In this document: in pieces, positions 57,340 through 64,000 of the stretch
Position numbering within the stretch: position 1 is the first letter of the stretch
How the letters are laid out: each line of letters begins with the position of its first letter
DNA from: an uncultured Candidatus Saccharibacteria bacterium
Lineage (GTDB): Bacteria > Patescibacteriota > JAQUNI01
Direction: 5' to 3'
Assembly: GCA_964555185.1 (NCBI GenBank)
Contig: CAZKRD010000001.1
Span: 124,265-188,264 of the forward strand
DNA: 64,000 bases
The notes under the pieces: generated by a model
What the model was told of the DNA's origin: nothing
The model's input: only the letters and a program-made list of their open reading frames with translations
The model's database searches: none
Position numbers and translations under genes: made by a program

Positions 57340-59457
57340 ATGTTAGCAAAAAAAAATTTATTTTGGATTTCTATTTTAATGCTGAATTTATGGTTAATTG
57401 GTGGTTTTTCAGTGAGAGAGGCGCAGGGAGTTTGTGATGATCCAGTCACTACTACCGAGGGAATCATAAGTCAATGTGGCGAATGCTCATCAGAAGGGGA
57501 TATTCTTAATTGTGAGTGGTCAGGCGAAAGAACATGTCTACGAATTACATGGACAGAAGAAGTAGAAGCTTGGTGGACAGAAGAACGCTTTAATGAGCAG
57601 TCTAACAACAGCATGATATTCTTTTGTAATGGTGAACCTGTAGAAATACCCGTATGTCTAGGACCATTCTGGATAGAAGATACTGACTGTGGAACTACTG
57701 AAATCAACGGTACAGAATACCCGATATACCACCTTTGCGGTGAACTACAATCGGGTAGTTGTGATGAAGGGGAACCTGGATCCACCTCCTGTTCCGTAGG
57801 ATATTGCCAAGAATTATGGCCGGGGACAGAGTATGCTGCTTGCAGTGAGACCACTGGGTGGGGTGATTATAGCTGTGGTCCGGACCGAGAGTATTATGGC
57901 GCGCGTGATACGGATGATTGTAACACAGATCCTGACAACTATTGCGTCTGTTGCGGAGATCCAGGCAGTAAATCACCCTCTTGTGATCTATCAGCCAATC
58001 CTGATAATGGTTTTGATCCTTTAAGTACTAATCTTAGCATGTCAGCTGAAGGGTCTAGTCTTGACAGCTGGCAATTAACTTATGGGGATGGAGCACAGGA
58101 ATGCAATCCTGGCCCTTGTTCTGGCAACCCTGATGGATTAACCCGCAATCATATTTACAATACAGGGGATTATACTGCAACAATGACCCTTTGGAATCAA
58201 GCAGGGGAGAGCGCTACTTGTGTTGATGATATTGAGGTTGGTATTGGAATACCCCAAAATCTGCACCACACAGCCAATACTCCTTATACTCTTGGTTGGG
58301 CTTGGGATCCTGTGGGTGGAGCGACTTCTTACAAGGCTTATGTTTATGATGGTATTGGTATCGGCGGTGCTTACTGGCTGCTTGGTACTGTTACAGAAAC
58401 CGAGTTTAGCCATTCTCAATATCCAGTATTTTTATTCTTTTTTCTTCTTTGGCTTCCAATTGGCGGTAATGGCATACCCTGGAATTGGCCTTATACGGTT
58501 GGCGTGTTAGCTTGTAATGGCGCTGTCTGTTCTCCGCCCGCTACTGCGACAGCAGCTACCTCAATCGAGTCCCCAACATTGATTACTAAAGTCGGCGAAA
58601 CTTTAAACGGTACGAACAGCAGTTTTACAATCAGAGTAGATTCTAATGAACGCTGGGGACTTGGTTTTTCCGCGTTAAATCAGGGTAATTCAGCTGTCAG
58701 AACAAGAATTAGAAGACTGCCTAGCGGCTTTCCAGAACAGACCATTGATTGGCGCAGTGGTCCTGGCCTTTATGGCCGGCCAGCAGACTTTGTTTTCTCC
58801 GGCCTCCTAGAAGGCAGTGAATATGAGGTCTGCGCTCAATCGAGGAATCGTGACGGGATTGCTGATGGTGTTGGCGATTATCGGCCCGGCCCGACTGCTT
58901 CAGATTGGAACTGTGAGAACATCTCTGTTGGTACTCTAGTTGTTTCTTGCACGCCAGACACAGATCAAGCCTGCTGTGAGAATCCACTGGCAAATGTAGA
59001 TTTAACAGCGACTAAGGGATTAGCTCCTGGCCTAATCTGTACAGGCGCGACTGGCAATACCTGCTGGGCTCCTGCGGGCGGGTTTGTTTTTCCTCCTGGT
59101 ATTCCTCAAGGTGGAGAGATGTATCAGTCTAACTGCTGTGGCGATGATTTAGGCGAGGCTTTTGACGGTGGCAATGTATCATGCGACGGCACCCATGCCT
59201 GTTGTCCTTTTGGTCTTTATGTTGAAGGCGGGAATTGTGTTAGTGATTGTTCTGTGAATCAACCTCCAGATCCGCCGATTATAGAGCCGCCGATTTCTTT
59301 TGAGGGCAGTATTGCTCCGAGTAAGACAGGCATTCATACAGCAAGCCAGTACGGCTCAAAGAAAGACACGGCTTTGAGTAAAAAGAAGACAAACTTTCTC
59401 GCCAAGCTTTCGGCTAATTTGTTTGATTTGATTATTCATAATATTTTTAAGAAGTAG
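57340..59457 (+). CDS. Secreted Cys-rich adhesin-like protein (PKD-like and FN3-like domains)
   Basis: Signal peptide, WQLTYGDG..HIYNTGDYTA (PKD-like), WDPVGGATSY (FN3-like). Confidence 0.8.
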   Translation: MLAKKNLFWISILMLNLWLIGGFSVREAQGVCDDPVTTTEGIISQCGECSSEGDILNCEWSGERTCLRITWTEEVEAWWTEERFNEQSNNSMIFFCNGEPVEIPVCLGPFWIEDTDCGTTEINGTEYPIYHLCGELQSGSCDEGEPGSTSCSVGYCQELWPGTEYAACSETTGWGDYSCGPDREYYGARDTDDCNTDPDNYCVCCGDPGSKSPSCDLSANPDNGFDPLSTNLSMSAEGSSLDSWQLTYGDGAQECNPGPCSGNPDGLTRNHIYNTGDYTATMTLWNQAGESATCVDDIEVGIGIPQNLHHTANTPYTLGWAWDPVGGATSYKAYVYDGIGIGGAYWLLGTVTETEFSHSQYPVFLFFFLLWLPIGGNGIPWNWPYTVGVLACNGAVCSPPATATAATSIESPTLITKVGETLNGTNSSFTIRVDSNERWGLGFSALNQGNSAVRTRIRRLPSGFPEQTIDWRSGPGLYGRPADFVFSGLLEGSEYEVCAQSRNRDGIADGVGDYRPGPTASDWNCENISVGTLVVSCTPDTDQACCENPLANVDLTATKGLAPGLICTGATGNTCWAPAGGFVFPPGIPQGGEMYQSNCCGDDLGEAFDGGNVSCDGTHACCPFGLYVEGGNCVSDCSVNQPPDPPIIEPPISFEGSIAPSKTGIHTASQYGSKKDTALSKKKTNFLAKLSANLFDLIIHNIFKK
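57535..57730. repeat. 196-bp perfect inverted repeat, arm 2
   Basis: Reverse complement of 56600-56795. Confidence 0.93.
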
Positions 59458-59505
59458 AAATTCAGAGTGCTCGGTTAAAATTTCAACTTTTAACTTTAAA
59501 CTTTG

Positions 59506-59535
59506 CCTGCCTGCCGGAGCCTTGGCGTAGGTAGG
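59506..59535. repeat. CCTGCC-type 30-nt mini hairpin inside a heptamer array
   Basis: cctgcctgccggagccttggcgtaggtagg inserted in TTTG^AATT. Confidence 0.8.
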
Positions 59536-59549
59536 AATTTTGAACTTGA

Positions 59550-60086
59550 TTGATGTCTTCAAAAATCCTTTGGCTAGTTTTAATCGTTGCTGTTATTATT
59601 CTCGGAATCACGATCTACTTTGCCCACTTTTTTGAGATAGAAATAGAAAATACAGAGTTGCCAAAAAGAGGGGATCTTGATTTGTCGAGTGACACTTTGC
59701 CTGTACCGGACAATATCATTCCTCCTTCCCCTGATTATAATCCAGGGGGAGATGATAGTCCGGATGATCCTGGAGATGATCCTGGAGTAGAAAATCTTAA
59801 GATGAAGATAGTAAGTTATCGCGGCTTTATTACTAAGATAGGATCTTCTTCAATTGAGTTTGAACCAAGAGTAGAGGGAGGGTCGGAAAAGCTGGTTACT
59901 GCTTTTGTTGATGCTAATACTGAAATCACACAAGTGTTTCTTTCCGAAGAGACAGTAGAGGAATCAATTGAACTTTCCGATTTAAGGGTTGGCGATGAAG
60001 TAAGAGTGAATGGGTTAGCCCAAAATTATTTTGAGCCGATCCCGCATACTATTCAAATAGAAAGATTTTATTTAAGAAAAAAATGA
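59550..60086 (+). CDS. Membrane-anchored protein with one OB-like (DUF5666-like) repeat
   Basis: TM; SYRG.IT.IG...LSDLRVGDEV, similar to 55298..56095. Confidence 0.7.
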   Translation: MMSSKILWLVLIVAVIILGITIYFAHFFEIEIENTELPKRGDLDLSSDTLPVPDNIIPPSPDYNPGGDDSPDDPGDDPGVENLKMKIVSYRGFITKIGSSSIEFEPRVEGGSEKLVTAFVDANTEITQVFLSEETVEESIELSDLRVGDEVRVNGLAQNYFEPIPHTIQIERFYLRKK

Positions 60087-61639
60087 AAACAATTTATTCA
60101 ACAATCAAACATTGCCTTTTCCTTGCTGCCTTTTTGCTTGTTTGTCTTTATCCTATGGAGATAGAGGCGGCGCTAAGAACTGCTGGTGATTTTGAGTGTG
60201 ATGATTCCGGAGGAAGTTGGGCTTGTTTTAGTCGGCCGGGAGATACAATAGAGTTTCAGGTAAGGGCGCGTGATCCGGATAGCCAAGTCTATTTTTGGCT
60301 TTATTGGAATGATGTTCTACCAGACCCAGGAGAAAGGCAGCCTGCTGCCCCAGGATATGTAAATTCAGACACCTGGTTGCCGGTTTCCCATACATATTCT
60401 AATTCAGGTATCTATAATGTCTATGCTGAAGCTTGTGATGATCAGGATGTATGCCCTGGAGATCCATCAAACATTATTGATATATTTATTTCCAGGATCA
60501 CTAATTTTACAAAGAGTGTTGATAAAGCAACAGCGAGTGTGGGCGAACAGATTAATTATACTTTTAGTTTTGATCTTGTGGACGCACCAGCTAGGCGCCT
60601 AGGCATGACTGATCCAATTCCAGCTAACTCTAGTTATGTTAATGGTTCTGCTTCATATAATTGTCCTTCTGGTGCGGGAGCAGGAGCAAGAGTGGGGTCG
60701 GAAATAGTGTGGGATATGGGAGATCAAGCTATAGGCACTTGCGATCTGGGGATGGCGGTTATTGCCCAAGGCGGCGCTATTTTAAATAGCGCCGAAGCCT
60801 TTGCCAGGAACGCGGACCCGGTTCTTTCAAATGTGGTAGCCACCTCTGTTACCGAGGCTTGGCTTCAGACTGAATGGGGAGACGTACATAGCGACGTGGT
60901 GATTGCTAACAGTGATCAGGCAAGCGGAGAGGATAGTGCTACATATGTGGTGAGCGCGGATGGGAGTATTAGTGATTTTTACAGTGCACAAGGTTCTTCT
61001 TGGGTTTTTGAAGATTATGATAATTTACAAACCGTTTTTACGGCGATTGATATCCAAGGTTTGATTGACGGGGATTATGGTGAGCGGCAGAATACTAATC
61101 CCGCGGATTGGATGGGCAGTGATGATCCATTAATCACTGTGCCTTTATGGCGAGGTGATGATCCGACTAAAAATGTCTGGTATCGAGGTGTTAATTTGAA
61201 CATTGCGAATAATAATCAGGATTTGTATTTAGAGCGCGGCGGTACGATTGTCGTGGAGGGAGATTTGAGAATCAAGGGCAATGTCTATTACGACCCGAAT
61301 TTCAACTGCGCTGCTTTGCCCGGTGGGGTTGATTGCCGGGATGCCTTGCCCACGGTCGGCTTTGTAGTGATGGGCGATGTGATTATTGATCCTGATGTAA
61401 CTTATATTGCCGGCAATTTCTATGTCTTAGGCACGTTTTACACAGGAGATTCAAACAGTGATCAGCTGGTGATCGAGGGTTCGGTTGTTGCTAATGAGTT
61501 TGATCTAGAGAGAGAATATTCGGCTAGCGGAGATCCAGGAGAGATTTTTCGCTATGACGGCCGGGTTTTGGTCAACCCGCCGCCAGGATTTTCAGATCCG
61601 GCTGCTAAACTGCCGGGCGGGAGTCAGATAAGCCCGTGA
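60083..61639 (+). CDS. Secreted pilus-associated protein (PKD-like, DUF11-like, C-terminal beta-rich domain)
   Basis: SHTYSNSGIY, TKSVDKATA.VG..I.Y...DPIP.N.SYV.GS, WLQT..GDVHS, E.F.YD.R...NPPPGF. Confidence 0.78.
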   Translation: MKTIYSTIKHCLFLAAFLLVCLYPMEIEAALRTAGDFECDDSGGSWACFSRPGDTIEFQVRARDPDSQVYFWLYWNDVLPDPGERQPAAPGYVNSDTWLPVSHTYSNSGIYNVYAEACDDQDVCPGDPSNIIDIFISRITNFTKSVDKATASVGEQINYTFSFDLVDAPARRLGMTDPIPANSSYVNGSASYNCPSGAGAGARVGSEIVWDMGDQAIGTCDLGMAVIAQGGAILNSAEAFARNADPVLSNVVATSVTEAWLQTEWGDVHSDVVIANSDQASGEDSATYVVSADGSISDFYSAQGSSWVFEDYDNLQTVFTAIDIQGLIDGDYGERQNTNPADWMGSDDPLITVPLWRGDDPTKNVWYRGVNLNIANNNQDLYLERGGTIVVEGDLRIKGNVYYDPNFNCAALPGGVDCRDALPTVGFVVMGDVIIDPDVTYIAGNFYVLGTFYTGDSNSDQLVIEGSVVANEFDLEREYSASGDPGEIFRYDGRVLVNPPPGFSDPAAKLPGGSQISP

Positions 61640-61652
61640 GTGTATTTTTTAT

Positions 61653-62090
61653 TGTCATTGCGAGGAAGGATCCTGAGCTTGCCGAAGGAGACTGACGAAG
61701 CAATCTCCAAGGAGCACCTGCCTATGCCATTTACTGAAAGGCAATATTATGTTTATATAATGACCAACAAATGGAACAATGTTTTGTATATTGGTGTCAC
61801 TAATAATTTAGAAAGAAGAGTATATGAGCACAAGAAGTATGTAAGTAAAGGATTTACGAGTAAGTATCACTTACATAAATTAGTCTACTATGAAACTTAC
61901 GGTAATATAGAGGAAGCTATCTTAAGAGAAAAACAGCTTAAAGGAGGCTCCAGGCAGAAGAAAATAGATTTAATTCAGGAAGATAACCCTGATTTTAAAG
62001 ATTTGACAGAAGGTTGGTATGAATAAACCTCCTTGCTTTATGGAGATTGCTTCGTCGTCCCGCCCTTCGGGCGGACTCCTCGCAATGACA
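61653..62090. mobile_element. GIY-YIG gene bracketed by TGTCATTGCGAG-family inverted repeats (candidate autonomous element)
   Basis: Left arm 61653-61708; right arm 62042-62090. Confidence 0.7.
61724..62026 (+). CDS. Small GIY-YIG nuclease family protein
   Basis: YYVYIMTN..LYIGVTNNLERRVYEH..GFT.KY...LVYYE..AI.REKQLK..R..K; AAGGAG RBS. Confidence 0.93.
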   Translation: MPFTERQYYVYIMTNKWNNVLYIGVTNNLERRVYEHKKYVSKGFTSKYHLHKLVYYETYGNIEEAILREKQLKGGSRQKKIDLIQEDNPDFKDLTEGWYE

Positions 62091-62157
62091 TTCGGGTTTC
62101 GGTCGCCTTTTCAGGCGATTTTTTTAATGTTACAATAAAGGTAATAATTATTTCAAA

Positions 62158-64000
62158 ATGACCAAAATCGAGGCCAAAAAACGGATCGAGAAGTTAAAAA
62201 AAGAGATCAATCACCATCGTTACCTTTATCATGTTTTGGATAAATCCGAGATTTCAGATGCTGCTTCGGATTCGCTAAAACATGAGCTTTTTGAATTGGA
62301 GAAAAAATACCCGGAGTTTGTCACTCCGGATTCGTCAACACAAAGAGTTTCGGGCAAGGCCTTGGATAAATTTATCAAAGCGCGGCATCAGGCGAGACAG
62401 TGGTCGTTTAACGATGCTTTTTCGGAAAAAGAGATGCGAGAATGGGAGGAGCGGCTTCAAAAAATATTAAAAAGCAAGGATATGCCAGCGCGTTTAGATT
62501 ATGTTTGCGAACTTAAGATTGATGGGTTGCATATTGTTTTAACTTACAAAAAGGGAATCTTGGAGAGAGCGGCGACCCGGGGTGATGGAACCATTGGCGA
62601 GAATGTAACTCAGAATATTAAGACAATCGAGGCTGTGCCGTTAAAACTTCAAAAGGATGTAGATATTGTCTGCCAGGGAGAGGTCTGGATGGGAAAAAAA
62701 ATTTTAGCTTCCTTGAATCGCAAATTAGCAAGACAGAAAAAGCCCTTGCTTGCCAATCCCCGCAATGCGGCAGCCGGCGCGATCCGCCAGCTTGATCCCG
62801 AGATCGCTCGTTCGCGCAGGCTTGATGTTTATAATTACAAAATTGACCAGGCCTCTTTTTCTTTGCCCAAGACCCATCTTAAGGTTTTGGAAAAGCTGCG
62901 GGTTTTGGGCTTTAAAGTGAATCGTAATTATGCCCACTGCAAAAATTTAGAAGCAGTATTTGTTTATTACAAAAAATGGGAGGCGCGTCGAGACAAAGAA
63001 GATTTTTGGTTTGATGGTATTGTGGTTAAGGTCAACGATTATAATCAGCAAAAAGCCTTAGGCTATATTGGTAAAGGCCCGCGTTTTTTGATCGCCTATA
63101 AGTTTGCTGCCGAGGAAGCGACCACCAAGGTGTTAGAGATCCAAGTCCAGGTTGGCCGCACCGGCGCTTTGACGCCGGTTGCTGTTCTTTCGCCAGTACG
63201 ATTAGGCGGTTCCACTGTTTCCCGCGCCAGCCTGCATAATCAGGATGAAATTAGGAGGCTTCACCTTAAAGTCGGGGATACGGTGATTGTGCGCAAGGCA
63301 GGCGACATTATTCCCGAGGTGGTCAAGGTCTTGCCTAAACTGCGGACCGGCAAGGAAAAGGATTTCAAGATGCCCCGAAAATGTCCGATCTGCGGTACAA
63401 AAGTGATTAAGCCGAAAGGCGAGGTTGCTCTGCGCTGTCCCAATAAAACCTGCTGGGCCCAGGAACGGGAGCAATTAGTTCATTTTGTCGGTAAAAAAGG
63501 ATTGGATATTGAAGGTCTGGGTGAGAAGATTATAACCCAGCTGATGGACGAGGGTTTAGTCAGTACTCCTTCTGATATTTTTGAATTAAAAAAGGGTGAT
63601 CTAGAGCCCTTAGAGCGTTTTGCCGAAAAATCAGCGGATAATCTAGTTGCCGCAATTTCCCAAGCAAAAGAGGTAGATTTTCGTCGCTTTTTGTTCGCGC
63701 TTGGGATTCGTTATGTTGGAGAGGAAACAGCGGGTTTGGTGGCAAAATATTTGGCTTCCAAGATGAAGAAACTAGATATCAAAAACCTTTTATCTGTTAC
63801 TGTTCGGATGAATGTGGGGGAATGGCAGAAGATAGAAGGAGTGGGGGACAAGGTCGCTTTGAGTGTTGATCGTTATTTTCATACAAAGAGAAATATTAAG
63901 CTGTTGCGGGAATTGGCAGATTTAGGTCTTACGATTCGATATGAAAGGATCAAAAAACCGCAAAAGTTCGAGGGTTTGAATTTTGTTTTAACCGGAAGCT
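62158..64000 (+). CDS. ligA: NAD-dependent DNA ligase, runs off the right edge
   Basis: Not in the ORF track. Manual translation: MTKIEAKKRIEKLKKEINHHRYLYHVLD, CELKIDG, ATRGDG..GENVT, NPRNAAAG, QVGRTG.LTPVA, Zn finger, start of BRCT (FVLTGS). Confidence 0.96.
   Translation, partial: MTKIEAKKRIEKLKKEINHHRYLYHVLDKSEISDAASDSLKHELFELEKKYPEFVTPDSSTQRVSGKALDKFIKARHQARQWSFNDAFSEKEMREWEERLQKILKSKDMPARLDYVCELKIDGLHIVLTYKKGILERAATRGDGTIGENVTQNIKTIEAVPLKLQKDVDIVCQGEVWMGKKILASLNRKLARQKKPLLANPRNAAAGAIRQLDPEIARSRRLDVYNYKIDQASFSLPKTHLKVLEKLRVLGFKVNRNYAHCKNLEAVFVYYKKWEARRDKEDFWFDGIVVKVNDYNQQKALGYIGKGPRFLIAYKFAAEEATTKVLEIQVQVGRTGALTPVAVLSPVRLGGSTVSRASLHNQDEIRRLHLKVGDTVIVRKAGDIIPEVVKVLPKLRTGKEKDFKMPRKCPICGTKVIKPKGEVALRCPNKTCWAQEREQLVHFVGKKGLDIEGLGEKIITQLMDEGLVSTPSDIFELKKGDLEPLERFAEKSADNLVAAISQAKEVDFRRFLFALGIRYVGEETAGLVAKYLASKMKKLDIKNLLSVTVRMNVGEWQKIEGVGDKVALSVDRYFHTKRNIKLLRELADLGLTIRYERIKKPQKFEGLNFVLTGS

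Noticed and set aside
56565-57765. DGR template/variable repeat pair
   Set aside because: The core is identical, flanking mismatches are not confined to adenines of one copy, both copies are N-terminal coding sequence, and no reverse transcriptase is present.
1-64000. Alternative genetic code 25 (TGA=Gly), prophage or rRNA
   Set aside because: TGA ends intact conserved genes (virB4, pilM, pilD), and no phage structural genes or rRNA-like sequence were seen.

Overview
This window looks like chromosomal DNA from a Patescibacteria (CPR, Parcubacteria-like) bacterium using genetic code 11. That assignment is inferred from the PrgI/VirB4/VirB6-like cluster, a type IV pilus locus with no pilQ, and tRNA-Arg(GCG). 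From left to right it holds: two lipoprotein genes inside a 1513-bp-offset duplication; a 1976-aa surface protein; a frameshifted RAYT-type transposase; a T4SS-like cluster with dsbA and radA; orphan small ORFs; recG; three tRNAs; a ~6.3-kb AT-rich island; comF and clpC; a full type IV pilus/adhesin locus; a GIY-YIG gene inside inverted repeats; and the 5' part of ligA. There are three main leads. (1) The island is integrated at tRNA-Ser(TGA) and carries a tight operon of PHP phosphoesterase, divergent archaeal-type SAM synthetase, MoaA-like radical SAM enzyme and seryl-tRNA synthetase. Its recombinase C-terminus appears split across the att junctions. (2) A GIY-YIG nuclease is flanked by TGTCATTGCGAG...GCAATCTC inverted repeats, with gene-less REPIN-like copies and nested 20-32-nt hairpin inserts across the window. 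(3) Two divergent secreted-protein genes share a 196-bp perfect inverted repeat, a possible inversion or gene-conversion switch. All calls come from reading motifs by eye; no database searches were run.
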